DNA of 64,000 nt from an uncultured Candidatus Saccharibacteria bacterium (GCA_964574655.1 CAZNOH010000001.1:265852-329851), one strand, 5' to 3'. Shown: positions 9,729-19,682, counted from the first letter of the stretch. Notes: generated by a model not told the origin, from the sequence alone. Program-made: numbers and translations.

Positions 9729-10246
9729 TAATCGCTAATCATTTGCTAATTTTTGCTAATAATTTGCTAATTGCTTGCTAATTTTTTAATAATATGGAGG
9801 GGTTAATATATAAAGATTTAAGTTATAGAATCGTAGGATTGTGTTATGCTATTCATAATCTTTTAGGTCCGGCTTGTAAAGAAATTCAATATAAAGATGG
9901 ACTAGAAGTTGAATTTAAAGGAGAAAAGATAAAATATGAACGAGAGAAAGAGATTTTATTTTATAGCAAAAATGGAAAGATTGGAGGCAATCGAGTTGAT
10001 TTTGTTATAAATAATCAAATTATTTTGGAAGCTAAATCAAAAATGTTTCTTACTCCCGAAGATAAAAGACAAGTTTTAAGATATTTAAAAGTTGGAAAAT
10101 ATAAATTAGGTTTGTTAGTTAATTTTAGAGGTAAAAAAGTAAATGTTTGTCGCATTGTTAATTCAGACTTATCTGATGATATTGGAATAAATACTACTTT
10201 ATTATTGGCAAATAATTTGCAAAAATTAGCAAATGATTAGCGATTA
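9729..10246. mobile_element. Repeat-hairpin element carrying a GxxExxY gene between 28-bp perfect inverted repeats
   Basis: 9729-9756 taatcgctaatcatttgctaatttttgc is the exact reverse complement of 10219-10246. Mobility is inferred. Confidence 0.65.
9794..10240 (+). CDS. GxxExxY protein (PD-(D/E)XK nuclease-like)
   Basis: LSYRIVG..YAIHNLLGPACKEIQY, RVDFVI...ILEAK, QVLRYLK...LGLLVNF. Confidence 0.88.
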   Translation: MEGLIYKDLSYRIVGLCYAIHNLLGPACKEIQYKDGLEVEFKGEKIKYEREKEILFYSKNGKIGGNRVDFVINNQIILEAKSKMFLTPEDKRQVLRYLKVGKYKLGLLVNFRGKKVNVCRIVNSDLSDDIGINTTLLLANNLQKLAND

Positions 10247-10265
10247 ATTAATTTAAATAAACTAT

Positions 10266-10874
10266 ATGCATCCAAAAAATTATATTCAAGTAATTTTAAG
10301 GCACAAATTTACAATAATTGCCTGTATTGTTTTGTGTGGTTTAACGGCACTGATTTACGCTTATGTAAAACCTCAAGCTTTTAGTTCGAACATTTCAATG
10401 TCTTTTCATCGCGTAAATAAAGAAGCAACAGTTGATTATCAGTATGATAATTATTATGCTGGCAAGGCAGTTGAAATTGTTTCCAACACTGTAGCTGGCT
10501 GGTTGCAAACTCCGAATATTGTCCAGGAAATTTATACAGAAGCAAAGGTAACTCCAGACGATATTTATAAAGATGCAAAGAAATTTAAACCAAAACAAGT
10601 TTCTGCTCATCAAGTGGAAATGAGATTGGTAAATAAAAATAGACAAGATTTAGAAAAATTATCTAAAGCAACTGTTGCGGTAATGAAAAATAAAGTGGCG
10701 AATTTGGAAGTTACAAATGAGCAAAAAAATGCTTTTGATGTGATTTCTGAAGATCCAATAATTACGGAAGTAAAATATAGTCCATTGATGTTGGCTTTGA
10801 TTGGTCTTGTTGCTGGATTGTTTGTTGGCATTGGATTGGCTTTTCTTTGGGAATACTTTAGCGAGACAGATTAG
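10266..10874 (+). CDS. Polysaccharide chain-length determinant (Wzz/CapA-like)
   Basis: Two TM segments; C-terminal P...LIGLVAGLFVGIGLAFL; lies in a polysaccharide cluster. Confidence 0.75.
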   Translation: MHPKNYIQVILRHKFTIIACIVLCGLTALIYAYVKPQAFSSNISMSFHRVNKEATVDYQYDNYYAGKAVEIVSNTVAGWLQTPNIVQEIYTEAKVTPDDIYKDAKKFKPKQVSAHQVEMRLVNKNRQDLEKLSKATVAVMKNKVANLEVTNEQKNAFDVISEDPIITEVKYSPLMLALIGLVAGLFVGIGLAFLWEYFSETD

Positions 10875-10875
10875 G

Positions 10876-10921
10876 CAAGCGCTGATTTTACGCTGATTTC
10901 TAACGCTGATGTGACGCTGAT
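10876..10921 (+). repeat. CGCTGAT tandem repeat, near-identical to 24396-24441
   Basis: 43 of 46 nt identical; both copies lie immediately after a stop codon. Confidence 0.85.
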
Positions 10922-10974
10922 TGATGCAAAATTAAAGAAGGGATATTGTTCTGTCATTTTATTTTTATATATTT

Positions 10975-11991
10975 GTGCCAAGATCACCAGAACAGCCATC
11001 ACAATTAGCTGATATTCAAAAAGAAACTGGAGAAAAAGCTCCAGGTTTTGAAATTGCTAAAACTCCAGAATCAAAGAATTTCGTTGATGTTGTTGGTAAT
11101 TTAGCAGAAAAAGTGGAGCGAGATGAGAATGTAACAGCAGGAGAAGTTCTAGATTTAGAACAAGCATTGGACAGATTAATCGAATCAGATCCAAGATTAG
11201 AAGCAAAAAGATTGTTTGGCGAGAGCTATATGGGACCAGATGAGATAGAAAGACATTTTACTCTAGAAAGCGGTGAGAAGCTATTTGAATATACTCCTAA
11301 ACAAAGACAAAGAATTAATCAAATGCTCAGAGAAAAGCTAGCTGATCCGCAAATCAAAGATTTAATCAAGAGAACACTAAGAGAAGAATTAAGGCAGAGA
11401 TTTCAACTTTTTCTTTTTCCAGATAAATTCAAAGATGGAACAAAAGTAACAATGAAAAGTCTGAATGACAAATTCCAGCCAGAAATGACAAGACGAGGTT
11501 CGGGTAAATTATTATTCGATACAAGTTGGTACAAAAATGAAGAATTCTTTACTTCTGATTCCAATCCTCTATCTTGGAAGTTATTAAGCCGTGGCAATAT
11601 CGAAGGATCAAATAACAAGAGCTATATTGAAGAAACAAGATTTTTTAGAGAATATTTGAGGCAAAACAATTTAGCTACAGCTGATGAATTAAAAGAATGC
11701 AGTGATGAAAGATTAGCAAAATTAGAACGATTAATGGCAACGAACTGGAAAAAAGCTGGAAAGCAACTATCAGAACTAAGGATTAATAAGAAATACCGGA
11801 TTAATCCTTTCGAAATTATTTTTATTCATGCTGCTAACAAAAGCGGATTGACTAAATATGCTAGGACTGCAAAGCGCTCGTCTGATGGGAGGTTGGTCCG
11901 TGCTGGGCGCTGTGATTCCCTTGGCGCGGATGTGATTTGTTGGAGGCCTGTCGATGCCCTTGACGGTGTGGGTGTTTCTGTCTCCCGCTAG
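10975..11991 (+). CDS. Paralog with shared N-terminal module and probable DGR variable (CLec-like) C-terminus
   Basis: N-terminus EKAPGFEIAK...LEQALDRL; C-terminus RSSDGRLVRAGRCDSLGADVICWRPVDALDGVGVSVSR encoded by GC-rich, A-poor DNA. Confidence 0.7.
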   Translation: MPRSPEQPSQLADIQKETGEKAPGFEIAKTPESKNFVDVVGNLAEKVERDENVTAGEVLDLEQALDRLIESDPRLEAKRLFGESYMGPDEIERHFTLESGEKLFEYTPKQRQRINQMLREKLADPQIKDLIKRTLREELRQRFQLFLFPDKFKDGTKVTMKSLNDKFQPEMTRRGSGKLLFDTSWYKNEEFFTSDSNPLSWKLLSRGNIEGSNNKSYIEETRFFREYLRQNNLATADELKECSDERLAKLERLMATNWKKAGKQLSELRINKKYRINPFEIIFIHAANKSGLTKYARTAKRSSDGRLVRAGRCDSLGADVICWRPVDALDGVGVSVSR

Positions 11992-12050
11992 TGCGAACAA
12001 TTGAATTCTTGATTTGGTTTTAAAATTTTTATGTTTTTATTTTTTTAAGT

Positions 12051-13214
12051 ATGATAATCGGTATTGATATCAGATCTTTGATGGAAGGGAAAAGAAGCGG
12101 TGTTCAGCAGTACTTGATTAATTTAATGCGTAATTTATTTGTAATTGATAAAAAAAATCAATACAAACTTTTTTGCAATGCTTATAAAAAAAATAGTCTA
12201 GATGTCTCTGAATTTGAAAAATTTCCTAATGTAAAAGTTTGCAAATTCAATTATCCTAACAAAATTTTAAATACTAGTTTCTGGCTTTTGAAGTATCCGA
12301 AGATTGATAAATTGATCAATAATTTGGATATTTTTTTTGCGCCTAATATTTTGTTTTCTGCAATTTCTCCGAAATGCAAATTTGTAACAACGATTCATGA
12401 TTTATCTTTTGATTATTTTAAGAGATTCTATTCTTTGAAAAGAAGATTTTGGCATAATATTGTTGGACCGAAGAAAAAGATTATAAAATCTGATGCAGTT
12501 ATTTGCGTATCGCAATCAACAGCTAGTGATTTAATAACTAAATATGACGTGAATAAAGAAAAAGTGCATGTTGTATATTCTGGAATTGAGAAATTCGAAA
12601 ATTCTGATATTCGGATATTAGATATTAAGAAAAAATATAATTTACCAAATAATTTTGTTTTGTTTTTAGGTGCCATGGAGCCACGCAAAAATATTGTTGG
12701 ACTTATTGAAGCTTTCGAATTATTGAAGTTTTCCCATATCTCATTTCCCATTTCTCACCTCTCAAATCTAAAACTTGTTATTGCTGGATCAGGCGGTTGG
12801 CTTGAAAAAAGAGTGAGAAAAGTGTATGAGCAATCTAAATTTAAAAATGATATAATATTTTTGGGCTATGTTGATGAGAAGGATAAAGCTGCTTTATATA
12901 GCTTAGCAAAATTGTTTGTTTATCCATCTTTTTATGAAGGATTCGGTTTTCCGCCATTGGAAGCAATGTCAGCTGACTGTCCAGTCGTGACTTCTAATGT
13001 TGGATCTTTGTCGGAAGTTTGTGAGAAAGCAGCAATATTGATTGATCCGTATAATGTTAATGAAATTTTTGAAGCAATGAAGCAAGGATTGGATGATGAA
13101 AAATTACGGGAATATTTGATTGCTGAAGGCAAGAAACAAATTTTAAAATTTGATTGGAAAAAATGTGCGAAGGAGACGTTGAAGGTGTTTGAATCATTAA
13201 GCACAAAATCCTAA
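12051..13214 (+). CDS. Glycosyltransferase family 4
   Basis: IGIDIR, TIHDL, EPRKN, PSFYEGFGFPPLEAM. Confidence 0.92.
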   Translation: MIIGIDIRSLMEGKRSGVQQYLINLMRNLFVIDKKNQYKLFCNAYKKNSLDVSEFEKFPNVKVCKFNYPNKILNTSFWLLKYPKIDKLINNLDIFFAPNILFSAISPKCKFVTTIHDLSFDYFKRFYSLKRRFWHNIVGPKKKIIKSDAVICVSQSTASDLITKYDVNKEKVHVVYSGIEKFENSDIRILDIKKKYNLPNNFVLFLGAMEPRKNIVGLIEAFELLKFSHISFPISHLSNLKLVIAGSGGWLEKRVRKVYEQSKFKNDIIFLGYVDEKDKAALYSLAKLFVYPSFYEGFGFPPLEAMSADCPVVTSNVGSLSEVCEKAAILIDPYNVNEIFEAMKQGLDDEKLREYLIAEGKKQILKFDWKKCAKETLKVFESLSTKS

Positions 13215-13336
13215 TATCTAAATTCTAAACAAATTTAAATGCTCAAAACTAAAAAATTAAAAACCGACGTTAGTTTTTGAATTTTGGTATTTAAGTTTTG
13301 GATTTGTTTAGGATTTAGAAATTAGTGCTTAGAGTT
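13198..13336. repeat. CTAAAT/TTTAG hairpin element
   Basis: taagcacaaaatcctaatatctaaattctaaacaaat...atttgtttaggatttagaaattagtgctta; supplies the upstream stop; GACG in the loop. Confidence 0.8.
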
Positions 13337-13340
13337 TTTT

Positions 13341-14471
13341 ATGAAAATAGCAATCGACGCCAGATTCTTTGGCCCATTTGGCAAAGGTCTCGGGCGATAT
13401 ACAGAAAAATTAATAAAGTATCTGGAAAAAGTTGATCAAAAAAATGATTACACTATTTTTTTGCGCAAAGAAAATTTTGATCATTATATAGTAGAAAATA
13501 AAAATTTCAAAAAAGCTCTGGCTGATTTTAAATGGTATACGTTGAGTGAACAAAGAGGAATGCCAAAATTATTGAAAAAAGGCAATTTTGATCTGGTCCA
13601 TTTTCCGCATTTTAATGTGCCGTTATTATATCGAGGTAATTTTGTAGTGACGGTTCATGATTTGATTCTTTTAGATTTTCCAACAAAAAGAGCGACAACT
13701 TTGGGGCCAATAAAGTATGCTTTGAAAAATATGGCTTATAAAAAAGTGATTAGTTCTGCTGTAAAGAAAGCCAAAAAAGTGATTACTGTTTCAGAATATA
13801 CCAAAAAAAGATTGATTGAACATTTTGATTTGGATAATGAAAAGATTGTTGTAACTTATGAGTCTTGTGAAAAAATTAATCTTGAAAAAGAAGTAGAAAA
13901 TAAAGATTTCTTAAAATTACATAAGATTAAAAAACCATATTTACTTTATGTCGGCAATGCATATCCGCATAAAAATTTAGAGAGGTTATTAAAAGTTTTT
14001 AAAAAGCTTAGAAATAATAATTTTGACTATCAATTAGTGTTGGTTGGCAAAAAAGATTATTTTTACCAAAGATTGCAGGATTTGGCAAAAGATTTAGGTT
14101 TGCTTGATTCTGGTGAAGTTATCTTTTTTGGTTTTGCGAAAGATAGCGAGTTAGCAGGATTATATCAAAATGCGTCTTTGTATGTTTTTCCATCATTCAT
14201 AGAAGGTTTTGGATTGCCTCCTTTGGAGGCAATGAGTTATGGATTGCCAGTCGTGACTTCTAAAACTTCTTGTTTACCGGAGATTTTGGGAGATGCAGCA
14301 AGATATTTTGATCCAAAAAATGATGAGGATATCGCCAATGTTATTTTAAGAGTTTTGAATGATAATATTCTACGGGACGAGATGAAGAGGTTGGGTTTGG
14401 AACAAGTGAAGAAATATAGTTGGGAAAGATGCGCAAAGGAAACATTAGCCGTATATGAATCAATTCTATAA
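13341..14471 (+). CDS. Glycosyltransferase family 4
   Basis: IAIDAR, TVHDL, YPHKN, PSFIEGFGLPPLEAM. Confidence 0.92.
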   Translation: MKIAIDARFFGPFGKGLGRYTEKLIKYLEKVDQKNDYTIFLRKENFDHYIVENKNFKKALADFKWYTLSEQRGMPKLLKKGNFDLVHFPHFNVPLLYRGNFVVTVHDLILLDFPTKRATTLGPIKYALKNMAYKKVISSAVKKAKKVITVSEYTKKRLIEHFDLDNEKIVVTYESCEKINLEKEVENKDFLKLHKIKKPYLLYVGNAYPHKNLERLLKVFKKLRNNNFDYQLVLVGKKDYFYQRLQDLAKDLGLLDSGEVIFFGFAKDSELAGLYQNASLYVFPSFIEGFGLPPLEAMSYGLPVVTSKTSCLPEILGDAARYFDPKNDEDIANVILRVLNDNILRDEMKRLGLEQVKKYSWERCAKETLAVYESIL

Positions 14472-14582
14472 TAAGTATTTTTTAAGGTAACTATTGACAA
14501 TTTAACCACTTTCAGTGGTTTTTTTTATTGTTCACTATTATGTTATTTTGTTTTATAATATAGACATATCAGAAACTTTGCT

Positions 14583-17408
14583 TTGGCAGAGATTTTTGGA
14601 GTTATGTTAAACAAAAACAAATTTAGGATTATTGGCGATGTGGCGGACTTTAATAATGGTCCGGAGATTTTAGATTTGCGTGAAATTGCTAAAGCTAGAA
14701 AAGAAGAAGAAAAGATAAGAATAGAAAAAGATTTAATTAATTTAAAGTCTTGTAAAAGAGAAGAAAATGTTGTTGATGAGAAGCCGGAAATTGTAGAACA
14801 AAAGGAGAGTTTAAATCTAGAACAGATAAAAGAGAAAATTCAGAAACCGCAAGTAACGGAGAGGCCAATTTTGTCAGAGAGCAATGACGACGAGAAGATT
14901 TTGGTTAAACATAATGATTACGCAAAGCCAGTTGTTTTACAGCAATCTGTAGAGACGTTGCATTGCAACGTCTTGTCGCAAGCAGAAAAAAATGAGAAGC
15001 CGTTGGTTATTGAAGATTCGAAATCAAAAGCGAAGAAGATGTCTTTTGGCCAATCTTGGTTGCAAAGACAAGCTGAAAAGAAGATATTAAGGAATAAAAA
15101 ACTAGCTGAAATTAAAAGATTGAAATTTGAAAAGCGAGCTCAGATACAAGAGTTGAAAAAAGCTAAATTATTACAGAAGCAGAATTTAAAGCTAAAAAAA
15201 GAATTGGAGAAAAGAGAATCAAAAAAGAGATGGTTGCTGGCAAAGCAGGAGGTTGAGCAGAAAAAGCAAAAAGAAAAAGAAATGTTGCGTAAAAAAATAT
15301 TTTTACAAAAACAGCAGTTAGGACAACAAGGATTAGAGCAAGGAAGATTAATCAAGAAACAGATGTCAAGGCAACAAAAACCAAAAGTCGATTATTTGTT
15401 ATTATTCAGAAATAGATTTAATAAAGGACTAGGATTTTCTATAATTGCTTTTATTTTTGTGGGTGTTGTTCTGTTTTCAGGAGTTAAGGGATTAGATTTT
15501 TTTAATACCCAAGCTAAAGATACGAAATCAAAAATATTAAGTGATGCTTTAGTTGCTTATCAATATATGGGATCAGCAACAAATTCTGCAACTAGTACAG
15601 ATTTTGAAATGGCATCATATAAATTTGGCGTGGCAGGCGATAGATTCTTGAATGCTCAAAAAGATTTGAATCAGTATGGAGAAGTACTGACTTCAATGTT
15701 GAAAATTATGCCTGGAGCATCAGCTGTTAGATCAGGCGATAATTTACTTTCTGCTGGCGCTAATTTGTCAAAAGCAGGAGAATACGTGACTTTAGCAGTA
15801 ACGCCTTTTAATGATTTAGGCAGTTTTATCAGTTTGCCAGGAAATTCTGATAGCAATCAGAAATCTTCATTAACAGAATTATTATCTGAAGCAACAAATA
15901 ATTTGAATTTAGCAATTGGTAAGTTAGACACAGCTAATTCTGATTTAAAAAATGTAAAAATTTCTGATTTGCCGTCAGATGTTGGACCAAAAATTGCAAC
16001 AATCAAAGATAATTTACCTAAAATAAGTTCCGATTTAAAAACATTAGTTTCCTATTCGGATTATTTTTTGCAGATGCTTGGACATAAGGGCGCAAAAAGA
16101 TATCTAGTATTATTTGAGAATAATAGAGAATTAAGGCCAACTGGCGGTTTTATGGGAACATATGCTTTGGTTGATATTGATTCTGGCAAAATAAAAAATA
16201 TTAAAATTGAAGGTCCATATAATTTGGATGGCAATTTAATGGAAAAAATAATTGCGCCAGAACCATTAAGATTGATTCAAGTAAAATTATTTTTAAGAGA
16301 TTCTAATTGGTTTTTAGATTTTCCGATGTCAGCAAAAAAAGTAATGTCAATGTATGAAAAATCTGGCGGACCAACTGTTGATGGCGTTTTTACGGTAACT
16401 GGCAATGTAATGGAAGCATTGTTAAATGTTACAGGCGATATTGATATGCCAGAATATAATACAAAAGTTAATGCAAGTAATTTTTTTGATGAAACGCAGT
16501 GGGAAGTTGAATATGATTACGATAAAGAACAAAATGAGCCGAAAAAATTCCTTGCTGATTTATTTCCAGTATTTATTGACAGATTAGCAAAATTAGATAA
16601 GGATAAATGGTTAGAAACTGCAAATGTTATGTATAAGATGCTTGATCAGAAAGATATAATGATGTATTTTACAGATGAAAAATTAGAAAATTTTGTTAAG
16701 GAATTCAATTGGACTGGCGAGATAAAGAATCCTAGCAAAGATTATTTATCAACTGTAATAACAAATATTGGCGGTGGAAAAACAGATAACGTGATTGATC
16801 AGAAAATCTTGCATGAAGCGGAAATTTCAGAGGATGGATCAGTTATTGACACAATTACGATTACTAGAATTCATAATGGCGATCCAGACAATATGTGGAC
16901 TGGTGTTAAGAATATGTCGTATATGAGATTTTATGTTCCTTTGGGAAGCGAGTTGCTAGAAGCGAAAGGTTTTGATAAAGAATTCTGGGGAGTCTTAAGG
17001 CCATTGGAAGAAGGTTCTAATCCTGATCCTATGATTTCAAATATTGAGAGCAATATGAAAGTTAATAATGAAAATGGAATTAGAATAATGGAAGAAGGCG
17101 GTAAAACAGTTTTTGGCAATTGGATTGGTGTTGAATGCGGTCAAGCAAAAACCATGGTTATAAAATATAAATTGCCATTTAAAGTTAAAAATTCTGGCCA
17201 AGATGTAGCAACTTCTTATGGAATGTTTTTTCAAAAACAGCCAGGCACAAAAGCTTTTGAAACAACAAGTATTTTGAAATATCCAATAGATTATTATGTA
17301 AATTGGAAATATTCTTCTGATAATTTGTTAAGCGATGTTGCGGATGGATTGCAATATAGAACGAAATTGAATAAAGATAAAGCATATGCTGTTGTCTTCG
17401 TTAAATAA
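14583..17408 (+). CDS. DUF4012-domain membrane-anchored protein (start codon uncertain)
   Basis: Charged N-terminus, one TM, then YLVLFENNRELRPTGGFMG, RDSNWFLDFP, QKQPG. Confidence 0.8.
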   Translation: MAEIFGVMLNKNKFRIIGDVADFNNGPEILDLREIAKARKEEEKIRIEKDLINLKSCKREENVVDEKPEIVEQKESLNLEQIKEKIQKPQVTERPILSESNDDEKILVKHNDYAKPVVLQQSVETLHCNVLSQAEKNEKPLVIEDSKSKAKKMSFGQSWLQRQAEKKILRNKKLAEIKRLKFEKRAQIQELKKAKLLQKQNLKLKKELEKRESKKRWLLAKQEVEQKKQKEKEMLRKKIFLQKQQLGQQGLEQGRLIKKQMSRQQKPKVDYLLLFRNRFNKGLGFSIIAFIFVGVVLFSGVKGLDFFNTQAKDTKSKILSDALVAYQYMGSATNSATSTDFEMASYKFGVAGDRFLNAQKDLNQYGEVLTSMLKIMPGASAVRSGDNLLSAGANLSKAGEYVTLAVTPFNDLGSFISLPGNSDSNQKSSLTELLSEATNNLNLAIGKLDTANSDLKNVKISDLPSDVGPKIATIKDNLPKISSDLKTLVSYSDYFLQMLGHKGAKRYLVLFENNRELRPTGGFMGTYALVDIDSGKIKNIKIEGPYNLDGNLMEKIIAPEPLRLIQVKLFLRDSNWFLDFPMSAKKVMSMYEKSGGPTVDGVFTVTGNVMEALLNVTGDIDMPEYNTKVNASNFFDETQWEVEYDYDKEQNEPKKFLADLFPVFIDRLAKLDKDKWLETANVMYKMLDQKDIMMYFTDEKLENFVKEFNWTGEIKNPSKDYLSTVITNIGGGKTDNVIDQKILHEAEISEDGSVIDTITITRIHNGDPDNMWTGVKNMSYMRFYVPLGSELLEAKGFDKEFWGVLRPLEEGSNPDPMISNIESNMKVNNENGIRIMEEGGKTVFGNWIGVECGQAKTMVIKYKLPFKVKNSGQDVATSYGMFFQKQPGTKAFETTSILKYPIDYYVNWKYSSDNLLSDVADGLQYRTKLNKDKAYAVVFVK

Positions 17409-17533
17409 AATCCTAAATCCTAAATCCTAAATCCTAAATAAATTCAAAATTCTAATGACTAAAATAAAAAAAATGACGTTTTCTTATTTTAATTTTTGAT
17501 TTTGGATTTATTTAGGATTTAGAGTTTTGATTT
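17407..17533. repeat. CTAAATC/GATTTAG hairpin element
   Basis: (aaatcct)x4 aaataaattcaaaa...ttttggatttatttaggatttag; GACG in the loop. Confidence 0.8.
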
Positions 17534-17543
17534 TTTTAATATT

Positions 17544-19082
17544 ATGATTGAAAAATATAAAAAATATTTTCTATCTGGTGCGTTGATTTTAGGTGTATCT
17601 TCTTTTATTTCTCGTTTTTTGGGATTGCTGAGAGATAGATTATTTGCCGAACAATTTGGCGCGGGTAGAGAATTAGATGCCTACTATGCGGCTTTTAGAA
17701 TTCCAGATTTTATTTTTAATTTATTGATTTTAGGCGCATTGTCTTCGGCCTTTATTCCGATTTTTGTTGACTATTTATCACAGAAAAAACAAAAAGAAGC
17801 TTGGCATTTGACTAATTCTTTACTAAACATAATTTTAGGAATTACTATAGTAATTTGTGCAATTATTTTTATTTTTGCGCCTCAACTGGTGTTTTTAATC
17901 GCTCCAGGGTTTAGCGGTTCTGAAAAGGAATTAACTGCCCAATTAACTCGGATAATGCTTTTGTCGCCAATCTTTTTTGGTTTTTCTAATGTTGCTGGTG
18001 CAATTCTGACTTCACACAAGAGATTCTTTTTTTACGCTTTAGCTCCGATAATGTATAATTTGGGAATTATTTTTGGAGCTTGGTTTTTGGTAGAGCCTTA
18101 TGGTATCAAAGGTCTTGCTTATGGAGTTTTGATTGGAGCATTTTTACATTTTATTGTTCAATTGCCGAGCATTTACAAGCTAGGTTATCGTTATAAATTT
18201 ATTTTTGATTATACGCATAAAGGCGTTCAAAGAGTAGTGGCCTTGATGGTCCCGTCAATCATGGGTTTGGGAATGACTCAGATAAATCTTTGGGTGATTA
18301 CTGCAATTGCATCTTTGATATCGGTTGGCAGTATCACAATTTTTAATTTTGCTAGCAATTTGCAATATTTTCCAGTTGGGGTGTTTGGGATTTCTATTGC
18401 TTTATCGGCTTTTCCAAAATTAGCAGAAGCTGTTTCGTTGCGAAAATCAGGATTATTTAAAGATACTTTTTCTTTTGCTTTTTCAAAAATTATGTTTTTC
18501 GTGATTCCAATTTCAGTATTTATGCTTTTGCTCCGAGCGCAAATTGTAAGACTTGTTTTAGGCTCTGGAAAATTTGATTGGGAAGATACTTATTTGACTG
18601 CGCAGTCTTTGGGATTATTTACATTAAGTTTATTTGCGCAAGCATTAATTCCATTACTTGTCAGATCTTTTTATTCAATGCAAGATGCAAAGACGCCGGT
18701 TTTTATCAGCGTTGTTTCAATGATAGTAAACATTGCTGGCGGTCTGATTTTATCAAAATATTTTGGTGTATTAGGATTGGCTTTGGCTTTTTCTTTTGCT
18801 GCTTTGATAAATATGTTGTTGCTATTTATTGTGCTGAGATGTAAATTAGGTGATTTGGGTGATTCAGAAATTACAAAAAGTATTTTAAAAACTTCTTTTA
18901 TCACAATAATTGCTGGCGTTGTTTGCTATTGTTTGTTGCTAGTGATGGCTAATTTTGTAGATATGCAGACTTATTTAGGAATATTTTTGCAAGCAGGCAG
19001 TGCATTTATTGGTGGAGCAGGGGTGTTTATCCTATTAGCTTGGGTATTTAAATTCAAAGAGCTAGGAATAAGTAAAAGTTAA
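17544..19082 (+). CDS. murJ: Lipid II flippase MurJ
   Basis: SRFLGLLRD, DAYYAAFRIPD, GALSSAFIP, about 14 TM segments. Confidence 0.93.
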   Translation: MIEKYKKYFLSGALILGVSSFISRFLGLLRDRLFAEQFGAGRELDAYYAAFRIPDFIFNLLILGALSSAFIPIFVDYLSQKKQKEAWHLTNSLLNIILGITIVICAIIFIFAPQLVFLIAPGFSGSEKELTAQLTRIMLLSPIFFGFSNVAGAILTSHKRFFFYALAPIMYNLGIIFGAWFLVEPYGIKGLAYGVLIGAFLHFIVQLPSIYKLGYRYKFIFDYTHKGVQRVVALMVPSIMGLGMTQINLWVITAIASLISVGSITIFNFASNLQYFPVGVFGISIALSAFPKLAEAVSLRKSGLFKDTFSFAFSKIMFFVIPISVFMLLLRAQIVRLVLGSGKFDWEDTYLTAQSLGLFTLSLFAQALIPLLVRSFYSMQDAKTPVFISVVSMIVNIAGGLILSKYFGVLGLALAFSFAALINMLLLFIVLRCKLGDLGDSEITKSILKTSFITIIAGVVCYCLLLVMANFVDMQTYLGIFLQAGSAFIGGAGVFILLAWVFKFKELGISKS

Positions 19083-19084
19083 TT

Positions 19085-19162
19085 GTAGATAAAAAAATAA
19101 TTTTTAAATATTTCACTAATTTTCCGAAAAAGACGCAGTATTTTGCAATAGGATTGAAGTAA
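19085..19162 (+). pseudogene. Orphan 3' remnant of a 4432..5694-type gene
   Basis: Encodes KIIFKYFTNFPKKTQYFAIGLK* versus KFIVKYFTNFPVKTQYFAIGVK*; followed by the same tctctaat-type repeat. Confidence 0.75.
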
Positions 19163-19211
19163 TTTTCTCTAATAAAGTCTCGAATTTAACGAATGCGATC
19201 TCTAATTTTTG

Positions 19212-19236
19212 GGGGCACAATATTTTGTGCCCCTAC
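19212..19236. repeat. GTAG-type REP-like palindrome
   Basis: ggggcacaa-tatt-ttgtgcccctac. Confidence 0.6.
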
Positions 19237-19283
19237 GTTTTTTAATAAAAATTTGTTATAATTTAATATAATTCTTAAAAATT

Positions 19284-19682
19284 ATGCCAAAAATAATTAT
19301 TGCATCAGGTCCGGTTATTATTGAAAATAATAAGGTGCTTTTAAATAAACATGGAGATGATAATTTCTGGAAATTTCCTGGTGGCAAAGTAGAAAATTTT
19401 GATTTTAAAGATTGGAATAATTCTTTGGAAGAGGCTGCAAAAAGAGAAGTAAAAGAAGAAATGGGAATTGGTGTAAAGATTATTAATCCTTTAAAGACAA
19501 TGATGATTCCAAAACCAAATTAAAAAGATTCATATGTTGTTTTGGTTCATTTTTTGGCGGAAAGAATTGGAGATGTAAAACCTGGTATAGATATTAAAGA
19601 ATGGAAATGGATTGAGATTAATAATTTGCCAGAAGATTGTGCGCCAAATGTTACGATAGTTCTAAAGTCTTTAAAGTTATAA
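19284..19682 (+). pseudogene. NUDIX hydrolase interrupted by an in-frame TAA (19521-19523)
   Basis: WKFPGG...AAKREVKEEMG Nudix box; frame resumes KDSYVVLVHFLAER...EWKWIEINNLP to TAA at 19680-19682. Confidence 0.8.

Noticed and set aside
19521-19523. TAA reassignment or alternative genetic code
   Set aside because: TAA, TAG and TGA all end conserved genes at the expected positions; only two isolated internal TAAs were seen
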